The notes below the pieces were generated by a model. That model worked only from the letters and a program-made list of their open reading frames with translations. It was not told the DNA's origin and ran no database searches. Positions 44,621 to 54,719 of a DNA stretch of 64,000 nucleotides are shown here, in pieces. Origin of the DNA: a virus; IMG/VR virus record IMGVR_UViG_3300003322_000089, positions 1-64,000 of that record; one strand, given 5' to 3'. A program made the position numbers and the translations under genes. Within the stretch, counting starts at the first letter, position 1; each line of letters begins with the position of its first letter.

Positions 44621-45439
44621 TTAGATAACTCCTAGATTTTGTAGTCCTGATTTAATACCATTACAAAATATGTTATGACCATTCACGGATAGATGCATTC
44701 CGTCTATATGATTGGTATCAGCAAGATTTCCAGTACCATCTATAAGCTGTGACTTAACACTCACGAATTGGACTTGTGCTGCACTACCAGACCATGTATT
44801 GCGGATTTTAGTATTAGCCTGATCAATTTTAGCGTTCATTCCTGCATAATTTGCTGAAACATTAGCTACGAGAACGTCTTCGTCCACTGGAAGAATATCA
44901 CAGATAATCCATTTACCGGTGGCTTGAGCCGCCATGCCAGAGTGCATATAAGCCATATTGTCTGTTAGGACTTCAGTACTATATGGAGCATAGGAAGTGA
45001 AGTTAGAAAGCTCATTGATACCACTAGCAAATACAACTGCACCTGCTCTGTTAATCAATCCACCACGTCCAATACGATTGATAGTTCTTCGGAGACTCTC
45101 GCCACCTACACCAAAAGTCTGTAGGAATTGGCTGATCTTACCGCCACAAAGATCCTGAGTGATACTATCCCCGATCATGAGAATAGTACCATCTGGGCAG
45201 TGTGTCATAAGTCTGTCATAATATCCAAGATTGACTGAGGTCGGAAGTGTGTCATTAGGAAATAGGCTCAACGGATAGGGAATACTGGAAGGCCATGTAC
45301 CTCCTAAACAATCAATTCCTGTAGGAAGTACAGGAGTAGGTCCTACTACAACAGGGATGTTGTCTACCGCAGTAGCTATAGCTCCAAGAGATAGTGCAAC
45401 TCCTCTGATTGAATCACCAAGACCTGACATTAATTCCAC
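44621..45439 (-). CDS. SGNH/GDSL hydrolase (esterase), probably tail-associated
   Basis: Block I MIGDSIT, block III ASGINE, block V DGMHL. Follows the tail-fibre gene. Confidence 0.7.
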   Translation of the reverse strand: MELMSGLGDSIRGVALSLGAIATAVDNIPVVVGPTPVLPTGIDCLGGTWPSSIPYPLSLFPNDTLPTSVNLGYYDRLMTHCPDGTILMIGDSITQDLCGGKISQFLQTFGVGGESLRRTINRIGRGGLINRAGAVVFASGINELSNFTSYAPYSTEVLTDNMAYMHSGMAAQATGKWIICDILPVDEDVLVANVSANYAGMNAKIDQANTKIRNTWSGSAAQVQFVSVKSQLIDGTGNLADTNHIDGMHLSVNGHNIFCNGIKSGLQNLGVI

Positions 45440-47184
45440 CCTTCGATAGGTACAGAAAATCTAGTATTCATAACAGTGCCCGTACCTAAAACAGTCCCAT
45501 CAACTGGGGTAAAGGAATCACGACTGGATGATGCTATAGATATATTAACTAGGTTAGAATTACCCAGTCCGATAATACATAGATTATCTCCAGATGTAAC
45601 ATTCCATCCAACTAGACCCAGAATAGGTCTACGAGAGTTCCAGAAGGTATCACACAAACCTGAACCATTGACACCATTAAATCCGAGGCTCATTGAGAAT
45701 GGAGTTGCAGTAGGAGTACCATTTGTCCAAGTACCCTCGACTTCTAGGTTTGAACCAATTCTCCTAGAACGTACAAGTATGGAGGTAGCAGTGCCGATAC
45801 CTACGAAGGTAGGAGTATAGGAGACCCAAGGGGTTATAAAGCCGCCATCAGCTACGGTATAGAATGCAGAGCCGGAGCAGACCATTGTTACTCTTCGACC
45901 GTTTCGAACTACTATAGTAGTGGAACCATCAATAGTTTCTGCTCCGTTCGGATCGATTGTTACATCACCACCGTCTGCAATAACCGAGAGGTGCCAGTTA
46001 GCTCCAAGGGTCGCAGCAGCAGTTAAAGACAATGTAGCTGTTGCTGTAAATCTCATGATACCGTTGTTGTCAGTACCAAGGGCGGTGTAGTTGCCAGACT
46101 TACTGGAGTATACAGCGGCTACATCAACACCTAGAGTTGTTCTTTGAGCGGTAGCATCTGCATCATCTACAAGCGCTCTACCAGCAGCTGTGAATGTCGC
46201 CAGCGCGGCGGTGCCAGAACCAGTGAAATAAGGAAGTCTATCAGCAGCAGAAACTAGTCCTGCAATGGCAGAGAGTTCAGCATCCTGTGCCTGTACGTCT
46301 GTACCAATCACAAGGCCGAGATTAGTTCTAGCAGTAGCTGCGTCTGAAGCACCGGTACCACCATCTGCAATAGCCAAGTCGGTGATGCCAGTGATAGTAC
46401 CACTAGTAATTCCGATTCCCGTAAAGGTTCCACCCGTAAAGGTACCACCAGTAATCGTTTTACCAGTAAAAGTCAATGCAGCCGGAAGACTAATAGTAGG
46501 ATTTCCTGAAACACCATTACCGTTAGTAACTGTGACTTCATTGGCAGTACCTGTAAGAGTCCTACCTGCAAAAGTATCTGCAGCAGTCTGTGTCAGAAGA
46601 CCATTGGTGTTGTAAGCAGCGAGAGCTGTCAGAGTAGAATCTAGTGTTTGGGCGCTAATAGTAGTTCTTACAGTAGCGGCATCTGCATCATCTAATATCG
46701 TACGTGCAAAAGATGTTAAAGTTGTTACTGCATAAGTATCAGAGGCAGTAGTATAAATCATTCTATCTGCTGCAGTAGTTAATCCTGCAATAGAGGTAAG
46801 ACCAGCATCATATAATTGATATCTCTGCCAGATAGCAGCCGTCGGAGTAGCATCTACGCAAAGATAGATTACATCACCGGTGATATCAATCCAAAGAGAT
46901 CCTTCAGAATAACCATCATTAGCGTCATCGTTGGCAGTGGGGGCAGTTGTGGCATTTACCTTATTGATGCCACCAGAACCACCATTTGCTACTGGTAGGA
47001 CTCCTACGACAGAATTAGTTAGGTTGATCTTAGGACCTTCACCTACAGTGCCATCATGAGTGTGTCCAGTAGTTCCATCAAAAGCATTTTGAAGCTGATT
47101 AAATTCAGCATTAAGGGGGGCTGCCTCTACGACTTCACCAGTCTGAATTTCAGCAGCAGATTGTCTAGTATAACCAGTGCCCAT
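45430..47184 (-). CDS. Tail fibre protein
   Basis: N-terminus ...AEIQTGEVV..A.LNAEFNQLQNAFDGTTGHTHDG is typical of phage fibres. Long Thr/Gly/Ala beta-repeat region (GGTFTGGTFTG). Confidence 0.7.
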   Translation of the reverse strand: MGTGYTRQSAAEIQTGEVVEAAPLNAEFNQLQNAFDGTTGHTHDGTVGEGPKINLTNSVVGVLPVANGGSGGINKVNATTAPTANDDANDGYSEGSLWIDITGDVIYLCVDATPTAAIWQRYQLYDAGLTSIAGLTTAADRMIYTTASDTYAVTTLTSFARTILDDADAATVRTTISAQTLDSTLTALAAYNTNGLLTQTAADTFAGRTLTGTANEVTVTNGNGVSGNPTISLPAALTFTGKTITGGTFTGGTFTGIGITSGTITGITDLAIADGGTGASDAATARTNLGLVIGTDVQAQDAELSAIAGLVSAADRLPYFTGSGTAALATFTAAGRALVDDADATAQRTTLGVDVAAVYSSKSGNYTALGTDNNGIMRFTATATLSLTAAATLGANWHLSVIADGGDVTIDPNGAETIDGSTTIVVRNGRRVTMVCSGSAFYTVADGGFITPWVSYTPTFVGIGTATSILVRSRRIGSNLEVEGTWTNGTPTATPFSMSLGFNGVNGSGLCDTFWNSRRPILGLVGWNVTSGDNLCIIGLGNSNLVNISIASSSRDSFTPVDGTVLGTGTVMNTRFSVPIEGWN

Positions 47185-48773
47185 TATTTTCTTCCTTCAG
47201 TGTGGAATTCAAAAAGAGTTCCTTGAATAGTGTAGCTTGGATTCGTATCGACACTTGAATATTTAATTTGAACAGAGAATCCTGAACCCTCAACATTAGA
47301 TATCAATACAGGAGTTTTACCACCAGAGTAAGTGGCAGTACCATAGACTGCTGAACCATAGGTAGATGAACCACCTGCGACATCACTCTCAATTGCATAT
47401 GTGTCAGGATTCAATTTAATAGGATCTTCCCAGTCATAGACAAGTCGGGCATTAATATTCATGAAACCTTCAGGACGGACAAAGAGTCTGATCTTCCTCA
47501 TGGTCTTTCTAACACCAGCATCACCAAAATCAAGAAATGGCATGGTGTAAATAGATTCAATGGGATTATCATTCATTGTATTACCAGACTCTTGTCTGTA
47601 GACAAACCCATCATAATCACCATGTATGACAAACTCACTAGCTCCGATGTATTTGGATGCTGCGCAAGAAGCATTAAACCCCTTAAGTCTCCCCCACTCC
47701 CATCCGATACCACCATCTGGATAATCTCTGAGACACCCAATGATACCAAAAGTATCTCCAGCAGTTTTGTCTGGAGATGATAGAAAGAAACGTACTTGAG
47801 ACTTACTTCTGATAAGAACTGAGCACAATTCGCCCATATCATTAGTGGTAACTTCTTCAATTAGCAACCTCTGGATCTTCTTAGAAACGACTTCGAGTTG
47901 GACATCACCAATTCTATTGGTGCCACTAATTGGTCTGATACCATCTTGAGATAAGAAGATCAAATCACCATCAATTTCCTGAACACTATCAGGTGCCAAG
48001 CAACCAATGTTAGCAGTTACATCATTCAGGACAAAATCAGTGCCAGATACTTCAACTTTTTTAATGTTGTTAGTACCAAATACGTAAAGAGTGTCTCTGA
48101 ATGGTTTAATTTGAACCACAATATAACCAGCAGGAAGTTGACCGGCACCAGAGGCAGCAGTAAAATCGTACTCTGCTAGAGGTGCAGAATAAACTACAAG
48201 ATGGTCACCAGCGAGAAATAAAGTATTTTTGAATACACTCACATACGACGGGGTATCAATAGCTTGATTACCGCCAGCATTAGCATAGTTAGCCCCAGTG
48301 TGTGCTGCAGTGATTTGAGACCATGTAGAACCATCGTACAGGATGGCCGGGTTTACACCGTCTACAAAACAAATCTTAGGTGTACCATTGAAATTGAATT
48401 CGACAAACCTAATCCTGTCAACACCCACGGAAGATAGAGTATATCCAGTGACCAACTTAGTCCAGCCAGTGCCATTGAACTGATAAAAATCATAGGTGTT
48501 CCCGGCCTTTTGTTTTCTGGCCGCAATAATATCATCCTGATAGAATGCTACTGTGAGAATTCTACCCTCTGCATCAGCAGAATCAACTTCTGGTGTACTA
48601 GGGGCTAAGTATGTGTAACCATTGATACGTCTGTATCCACCGAATAAAGAAGCTTCAAAGTTTTGAAGATCAACAGCAGATCCAGGCTCATTATCAGACA
48701 ACTGAATATGATTGACGTTGGAATTTAATCCACCAATAGAGACAACCTTCTGACTTTGAATATCTTCCATCAT
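47184..48773 (-). CDS. Tail structural protein (nozzle / tubular-B-like by position)
   Basis: 529-aa beta-rich ORF between the adaptor-like gene and the fibre gene. Confidence 0.4.
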   Translation of the reverse strand: MMEDIQSQKVVSIGGLNSNVNHIQLSDNEPGSAVDLQNFEASLFGGYRRINGYTYLAPSTPEVDSADAEGRILTVAFYQDDIIAARKQKAGNTYDFYQFNGTGWTKLVTGYTLSSVGVDRIRFVEFNFNGTPKICFVDGVNPAILYDGSTWSQITAAHTGANYANAGGNQAIDTPSYVSVFKNTLFLAGDHLVVYSAPLAEYDFTAASGAGQLPAGYIVVQIKPFRDTLYVFGTNNIKKVEVSGTDFVLNDVTANIGCLAPDSVQEIDGDLIFLSQDGIRPISGTNRIGDVQLEVVSKKIQRLLIEEVTTNDMGELCSVLIRSKSQVRFFLSSPDKTAGDTFGIIGCLRDYPDGGIGWEWGRLKGFNASCAASKYIGASEFVIHGDYDGFVYRQESGNTMNDNPIESIYTMPFLDFGDAGVRKTMRKIRLFVRPEGFMNINARLVYDWEDPIKLNPDTYAIESDVAGGSSTYGSAVYGTATYSGGKTPVLISNVEGSGFSVQIKYSSVDTNPSYTIQGTLFEFHTEGRK

Positions 48774-49504
48774 AGATGGTAAGCTCCTGTTTCTCCGAAG
48801 AAAGGACTACCACCAAGATTAACTCTACCATCATAGGCATACGGAGGGGCATCCTTGACGAGGATCTCGTACATATTTCGGATACCTTCTTGGAATTTAG
48901 CCTCTGCAATCTGTTCACCTTGTGGGTTTTCTCTAAAAAGATTCAGATGATAGAGTGCACCATAAGTAATTACGTTATCGAATTGCGTTGGAATATCTGT
49001 TGCATCGTCATACAGTACCAGATCAGATGCATTCTTATAATATAGGTATTCTATAGTATACGCTTTTTCGGGGGCGGGGGTTAATCCAAAACCACCTTTA
49101 GGATTTCTGAATATATACTTAGGAACCTGTCTACCATTAGGTGATGCACCTTGGTCTAGGTCTCTGAAGTATTTATAAAACTCGTCGATGTCGATCTCAG
49201 AGAGTGTCTCTGAAGCCACACCCAAAGTATCGTCTCTTTGAATTCTAAATGATTGCCAATCAACCGATTTAAAGTCTGCTGGCCATAGGTATAGATTTTG
49301 TCCGATAGTCAATAATTGAGTACCGGTCATAGCATGATAGGGCCACTCCCACCTCTGCTGATTGATCTCATTAATTGCATCTGTGACACAATCTTTTGCT
49401 ACGGCCTGCATACCTTTAGCGGAAGCAAAGGAAGTCTGTGTCAGTTCGACCTCATTGATCCTGCGGATGACTCTGTTAGTCAGACTTAGAAAAGTACTTC
49501 CCAT
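48770..49504 (-). CDS. Head-tail adaptor / tubular-A-like protein (by position)
   Basis: 244-aa ORF downstream of the capsid genes. Confidence 0.35.
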   Translation of the reverse strand: MGSTFLSLTNRVIRRINEVELTQTSFASAKGMQAVAKDCVTDAINEINQQRWEWPYHAMTGTQLLTIGQNLYLWPADFKSVDWQSFRIQRDDTLGVASETLSEIDIDEFYKYFRDLDQGASPNGRQVPKYIFRNPKGGFGLTPAPEKAYTIEYLYYKNASDLVLYDDATDIPTQFDNVITYGALYHLNLFRENPQGEQIAEAKFQEGIRNMYEILVKDAPPYAYDGRVNLGGSPFFGETGAYHL

Positions 49505-49516
49505 TGCTAATCCTTA

Positions 49517-49759
49517 TTAAATAAAACCTGCCAGACTTCCACTTAGAGCAAACTTCACAAATACGATGATAACTGCTCCCCAAACTGTCCAGTTCAGGTT
49601 CTTTGCAGTTCTTTTGATATCCTTGAGCTCTTCTTTTAATTCTGCAAACTCTTTCTTCATATATTCAGAGTTCAGATCGTGTCTACCCAAAGATACATCA
49701 ACATGATTTCTCCATTGCTCTAGGATGGATAGTCTTTTATCTAAATTCTCAACATCCAT
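49517..49759 (-). CDS. Coiled-coil protein with C-terminal TM anchor
   Basis: ORF ending in WTVWGAVIIVFVKFALSGSLAGFI. Confidence 0.5.
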   Translation of the reverse strand: MDVENLDKRLSILEQWRNHVDVSLGRHDLNSEYMKKEFAELKEELKDIKRTAKNLNWTVWGAVIIVFVKFALSGSLAGFI

Positions 49760-49770
49760 ATCAATCCCCT

Positions 49771-49803
49771 ATAAAGAAACTGGGGGCTTTTTACGACCCC
49801 CAG
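49771..49803 (-). terminator. Intrinsic terminator after the capsid / decoration genes
   Basis: The minus strand reads CUGGGGG-UCGUAAAAAG-CCCCCAG followed by UUUCUUUAU. Confidence 0.7.
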
Positions 49804-49815
49804 AATGAAGATTAA

Positions 49816-50322
49816 TTAGGACTTAGGCTGGGCGATAGCGCCGCGACCTTCGACAGTTACGTCAACGATGACTGCCCAAACCATAACCTTACCTGTCAGA
49901 AGGGTACCTGTCTGCGTAGCAATCAGGATATCAATCGTGTCAGATGCAGAGAGGATCAGAGCCGGGGTCTGAACACCAGCAGGGGTACCATAGGAACCCA
50001 CAGCAGCGGCATCAAAATCCCAACCGTCTACGTAAACATCAGCATCAACACCAGTAATACCGATGTCGAAGGTGAGATCCGTAGAAGTACCAGTCATAGC
50101 AGCGGTCTTCTGTGCGCCTGCAGCTAGGATCTGTACACCAGCCGGGAGGCGAAGTGCTTCGATAACGTCAGCAGCAGCAAGGGCAGAACCCTTTGCAGTA
50201 ACAGCAGCAGCAATGTCAATTTCACGCCATACCTTATATGCAAAGTTGGCATTATCCATCGTCCGAGGAGCGAGGTTAGCCGTTGCATAGGTGGGGTTAG
50301 AAAGCGTAGTAATAGTAGCCAT
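49816..50322 (-). CDS. Putative head decoration / second capsid protein
   Basis: 168-aa Ala/Thr/Gly-rich ORF immediately after the major capsid gene and before a terminator. GC-elevated like the capsid gene. Confidence 0.45.
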   Translation of the reverse strand: MATITTLSNPTYATANLAPRTMDNANFAYKVWREIDIAAAVTAKGSALAAADVIEALRLPAGVQILAAGAQKTAAMTGTSTDLTFDIGITGVDADVYVDGWDFDAAAVGSYGTPAGVQTPALILSASDTIDILIATQTGTLLTGKVMVWAVIVDVTVEGRGAIAQPKS

Positions 50323-50346
50323 TTATATTCTCCTTTAACCTAACTA

Positions 50347-51393
50347 TTAGTTAGCCTTGTTGTAGATTGCACGAACAAGACCGGTCGGCTTCAGGATCTT
50401 ACGGCCATACATATGCATACCACGGACGATATCAGAGAAACCAAACGGAGAACGGAAGGTTTCCGTCTTGTTGATCTGTTCTGCCGTAGCAGTGGAAGAG
50501 TCGTGACCAGCAACGATAACACCGAAGTCCGTTGCAGAGCCGTTGTTGTCCAGAACAGCCGGACCCGAACCGAGGAACGGAAGGTTGTTCGAGGAGTACC
50601 ACTTGAAGCCATAGATCGTGTTAGCAGAGAGCTTACCATTCGAAAGCTGTTCCGAGTCCTGATAGAACTGGTTCATGAACTTCGAATTTTCGTCCATCAG
50701 GATTTCGAGGAATACCGGATCAACGATAACCCAACGACCTTCCTTCGGCACGTTCTGCTGATCGAGCAGACGGTTCATGCGGTTAACGAGCTGGAGCGGG
50801 GTAACGTCATACGTACCAGCCGTACCAACAGCGACCGAGTCAGAGGCAGAGCCACCCGAAACGAACGAGTTACGAGCAAGCTTGTGGATTGCCAGAAGTT
50901 CGTCTGAATCGGCAGAGCTTTCAGACTTCGTACCAACAGCAGTCGTACGGGCCGTCCATGCACCACCAAGAGTCGTCTGTTCGTAACCAGACATGTAGCC
51001 GAGGATATCAGCGTCATAGGTCTGAGCAAGATTGTAAGCAGCACGGTCCGTTGCGAGATCAAGCCAGTTTACATGGGACTGCTTCTTTTCAATGTCATCG
51101 ATCTGGAACTGGAATGCGTTCGCACGGTCAACGATAAGGGTGAAATCCTGGTCTTCAAGATCCTGCGACGTGAGCTGAGCACCACGGGCATACTTGGAGA
51201 TTGCGATTTCCGGTTCTTTGATAATCTGAACAGTATCACCATAGTTCGAGATTTCGCCGAAGTAGTCAGAGTTGGTAACGTCCTGAATAACAGAGGTCTT
51301 GCGGAACTGCTTCTGGACCTTCTGCGAGTAGATTACCGGGCTAAATTTACCATTAGGAAGGTTGTTATAACCTGTTGCACTTTGAAATGCCAT
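50347..51393 (-). CDS. Major capsid protein
   Basis: 348 aa, following the scaffold gene. Start MAFQSATGYNN at ATG 51393 behind GGAGAAATAAAA (the listed ORF extends to 51441). Confidence 0.75.
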   Translation of the reverse strand: MAFQSATGYNNLPNGKFSPVIYSQKVQKQFRKTSVIQDVTNSDYFGEISNYGDTVQIIKEPEIAISKYARGAQLTSQDLEDQDFTLIVDRANAFQFQIDDIEKKQSHVNWLDLATDRAAYNLAQTYDADILGYMSGYEQTTLGGAWTARTTAVGTKSESSADSDELLAIHKLARNSFVSGGSASDSVAVGTAGTYDVTPLQLVNRMNRLLDQQNVPKEGRWVIVDPVFLEILMDENSKFMNQFYQDSEQLSNGKLSANTIYGFKWYSSNNLPFLGSGPAVLDNNGSATDFGVIVAGHDSSTATAEQINKTETFRSPFGFSDIVRGMHMYGRKILKPTGLVRAIYNKAN

Positions 51394-51540
51394 TTTTATT
51401 TCTCCATTTAGATTAAAATATTTTTGTTTGAAATAGATCAATCCAAAGAGGGGCCAATTCTTTTGAGTATCTGATGAACAGGGTCAATCGAATATGGGTA
51501 GTCTTCTTTTGTTTTTGTCTACGTTAGGTAAGTCTGATGG

Positions 51541-52338
51541 TTATCGAGCACCACCCGACAGGTCATACAGGAACTTACCCCTGCGAATGGCAGACTCAAT
51601 TGCAGCTTCGTTAGCAATATAGAATCTACTACCATTCTTTTGAATTTGGGACTCTGAGAATTCATAGTCACCAGCATCTGCATCTGGCTCTTCAACAACG
51701 GAACGATTGCGAACTACCTTAGCTGCATCTTTATCCTGGAAATCATCCTCATCAACCTTTGACTTAGAGGACTTCTTGTTTTCTGCCTTGTACTTAGAAA
51801 TAACAAGAGAAGCTTCTTCCACATCGAGACTATTCATCTTGTTTTTGTACTTCTCAGGCTGCTTATCCAACCACTTTCTGAAATCAGAGTCTTTCGCGAG
51901 AAGCTTGTTCAGATCAGGGTGCAGGTCTTTGAGGTACATGAATGCTTCTTTAGCATCCAATTCTTTCTGCTTAAACTCTACTTGAGAGAGTTTAGCTTCA
52001 GTCTGAGAGGTAGCTTCTTTAATGCGATTCTGTACGATGGTCTCTAGAATACCAGCGAATTCAGGATATTCACGCATCCAAAGTTCTACATCTTCATCAG
52101 ACTTGGGAGCCTTGAGTTGGCCCCGGAGAGCCTGTTCCAATTTACGTTCTAGTTCAGCAACCTTACTCTTGGTTTCATTCTGAACCTGATCAGAGTGTCG
52201 CCGAAGGTCCCCATAACGCTTCTTCCAAACTTCCTCATCAACAGAGGTTGCAGGTTCGGCCATAAGTTGTTCGTCCTTTTCGAGCTCTTCAACTTCAGCC
52301 ATCTCGGCTTCAATACGGGGATTACGATATTTTGTCAT
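51541..52338 (-). CDS. Scaffolding protein
   Basis: Acidic, K/E-rich coiled-coil 265-aa ORF between the portal-side genes and the capsid gene. Confidence 0.65.
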   Translation of the reverse strand: MTKYRNPRIEAEMAEVEELEKDEQLMAEPATSVDEEVWKKRYGDLRRHSDQVQNETKSKVAELERKLEQALRGQLKAPKSDEDVELWMREYPEFAGILETIVQNRIKEATSQTEAKLSQVEFKQKELDAKEAFMYLKDLHPDLNKLLAKDSDFRKWLDKQPEKYKNKMNSLDVEEASLVISKYKAENKKSSKSKVDEDDFQDKDAAKVVRNRSVVEEPDADAGDYEFSESQIQKNGSRFYIANEAAIESAIRRGKFLYDLSGGAR

Positions 52339-52402
52339 TGTTTCTCCTTTGGGGCCACAAGTGGTTCACATATAGTGAAGGTTGGGGTAGCCGTTTGATT
52401 AA

Positions 52403-54499
52403 TTAATAAGATCTTCCACCACTAAATCCGCTGGAAGCTTTGTCATCCTTATCCTTACCTGGGTTGCCAGATGTGCCGGTCATACCAGAAGACTTAGATG
52501 AACCAGAACCCATGCTACTAAACCCACTACCACCAGAACTTCCTGCACCGCCAGTACCCATAGAGGATCTAGTTTCGGATTTGGAACCACTCATAGTGTC
52601 ATTAGACATAGAAGTTTGGGTCTGCGTCTTAGGTTGGCTAGAAACCGTATTCCTAAGAGAGTTCTCTGCCGATGTAACACCAGTCATGTGTGGTGCGTAC
52701 GATGCAGCAGTATTAAAGACTGTATGAGGTTGAACGGTAGATTTCTCTGCGCCGTACTCATTCAAGAAACCAAACGTATGTGGTCCGATAGTTTCTGGAT
52801 TACTCATAGCAGACGACCACCCAGGATTTACTGTATTAGCATGATAGCTGGTAAACCCTAGATTGTTAGCTGGATCGGAAATATAATCAGAGACTAGTGT
52901 GTCATACGTTGACTTATTTCCATGATAGTTATTTGCAGCTGTGTTTGCTGCTGCTTGGTTGTTCCAGGTTGAATACTGATTAGGGGCTTGGATAGCCTCA
53001 GTGATACCACCGTATTTAGGAGCACGGTTCTCTATAGTAGAGAGGATACCCATTGCTTCCCTACGACCTGCTTCAGTGGTCAGATCAGTTTTGCCAGGAT
53101 CAATCTCACCAGCAAGAGTCATACCCATGAGAGATTTCTCATCATCAGTGACATCTTTGAACCGATTAGGATCAACTGTGATGCCTATGGACTTGTCCGA
53201 TAGATCACCCATCAAAGAGTCATAACTAGGAAGTGACTTTTGTTCTTTCTTAGTTTCTAATGGTCTTCCCATGAAACCGAAAGCATCGTCTTTCTTTTCT
53301 GGTTCATCCTGTTCTGCAATTAATGTAGATGGTAATTGATCATCAGGACGTTGACTTGGAATGGGGGCATTGATATCGTAGTATTGAGAGGGCATCACGC
53401 CAGTAGCTCTTGCTTCATCTAGTGTGTTTGCCCAAGCTTTACCTGTAGAAGCCCATTCAGAACCACCAGGATATTTACTCAGATCCATAGTATCAATATG
53501 CATAGTGTTGGGACCCATATACTCAGGACCCATACCGAAGTTGGCATTATACCTAGCTGCCATACCTTGTGCTACATCTTTAATGGACTGTGCATCATCA
53601 GGGTTATCTAGGGATAGTTTTCTGCCGCTAGGATCTCTAATGTCCAAGTCTGCGGCAGTTCCTAGAGGGTGTCGATATTGTGTACCAACAGCTGAATGAC
53701 CCTTCGGTTCTTGTCCCGATGTCACATTGACTGTGTATCCCGGACCAAGGAGGTCTGTGACCACATCAGAGACTTTACTACCAATACCAGAGGATGGGAT
53801 TTGATTTCTACCCTTACCTTCTAGATCGTAGTTCAGATTGGCCATCTGTCTATCAGGTAGATCAGGATCGTTGATATCCTTAAATCCATCTGGGGTATTA
53901 GCCAGTCCGAAACCTCTGTGGATATTACTCTCTGTGGAGTCATCTTCCATCTGATTTTCTTGACTACCAAAGATGTTCCTGCTCAACTTAGAGACCATAG
54001 AGTCATCTTTTTTAGCAGACTTAACTTCGGTAAGACCACCACCCATGAGACCTCTCATACGAGCTTCATTAGGTGTCAGTGTAGTCTTCTTGTTTGCATC
54101 CTGCGCTTCAAAGCCGACGGGATAGGTCTGAGGATTTTCACCAATCTTGACGTCTGCAATCTTACCATCTTTGGGGGACTTCAATACATCTCTGATAAAT
54201 GAGAGTTTAGCATTATCAAGACCGATTGCCTCTCGGCCCCTACGAATAGCTTGGTTGTTACCTTGGTTGATCATACCAGAAGTAACTCTAGATGCTGTTC
54301 CGATAGGGCCGGGGAGGAAACTAGTGAATCCCATTATCCCCGGCTTATCGATATATCCGTAGTTTTCAGCAGCAGTTGGTTCAACATACTGTTGATCGAA
54401 GTCGTTAACGTCACCACCCCGAGAGCCAGCAAGCTTTCTCAAGAGGTCTAGAAGCTGCTTTTCTTGATCAGCTCTATCTTCTTCTCTCTTTTCTGCCAT
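52403..54499 (-). CDS. Virion protein with two peptidoglycan-hydrolase domains (M15 peptidase-like + SleB/CwlJ-like) and an S/G-rich C-terminus
   Basis: YRHPLGTAADLD matches the HxxGxAxD motif of M15. LAGEI...EAMGILSTIENR...APNQYSTWN is Hydrolase_2-like. ATG 54499 is preferred to avoid overlap with the upstream gene. Confidence 0.65.
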   Translation of the reverse strand: MAEKREEDRADQEKQLLDLLRKLAGSRGGDVNDFDQQYVEPTAAENYGYIDKPGIMGFTSFLPGPIGTASRVTSGMINQGNNQAIRRGREAIGLDNAKLSFIRDVLKSPKDGKIADVKIGENPQTYPVGFEAQDANKKTTLTPNEARMRGLMGGGLTEVKSAKKDDSMVSKLSRNIFGSQENQMEDDSTESNIHRGFGLANTPDGFKDINDPDLPDRQMANLNYDLEGKGRNQIPSSGIGSKVSDVVTDLLGPGYTVNVTSGQEPKGHSAVGTQYRHPLGTAADLDIRDPSGRKLSLDNPDDAQSIKDVAQGMAARYNANFGMGPEYMGPNTMHIDTMDLSKYPGGSEWASTGKAWANTLDEARATGVMPSQYYDINAPIPSQRPDDQLPSTLIAEQDEPEKKDDAFGFMGRPLETKKEQKSLPSYDSLMGDLSDKSIGITVDPNRFKDVTDDEKSLMGMTLAGEIDPGKTDLTTEAGRREAMGILSTIENRAPKYGGITEAIQAPNQYSTWNNQAAANTAANNYHGNKSTYDTLVSDYISDPANNLGFTSYHANTVNPGWSSAMSNPETIGPHTFGFLNEYGAEKSTVQPHTVFNTAASYAPHMTGVTSAENSLRNTVSSQPKTQTQTSMSNDTMSGSKSETRSSMGTGGAGSSGGSGFSSMGSGSSKSSGMTGTSGNPGKDKDDKASSGFSGGRSY

Positions 54500-54503
54500 T
54501 ACA

Positions 54504-54719
54504 CTAATCCCTTGGGTTGTTGACTTCATCTCTTAAGGTTTTAAGCCTTTTGAGTTCTTCGATAGCACCTTGATACTTTCTGACCTCTTCAATAGAGGTA
54601 GCAGATGTGAGTTGATCTTTCAGGAAATCAATTCGCAAACCCATATAGAATTCAAGAGCATCTACATTTGGTCTGGAATTAACTAGGATTAGAAGCTTCT
54701 CTGCATCTTTCTTATTCAT
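54504..54719 (-). CDS. Small helical protein
   Basis: Listed ORF between the portal gene and the hydrolase gene. Confidence 0.5.
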   Translation of the reverse strand: MNKKDAEKLLILVNSRPNVDALEFYMGLRIDFLKDQLTSATSIEEVRKYQGAIEELKRLKTLRDEVNNPRD

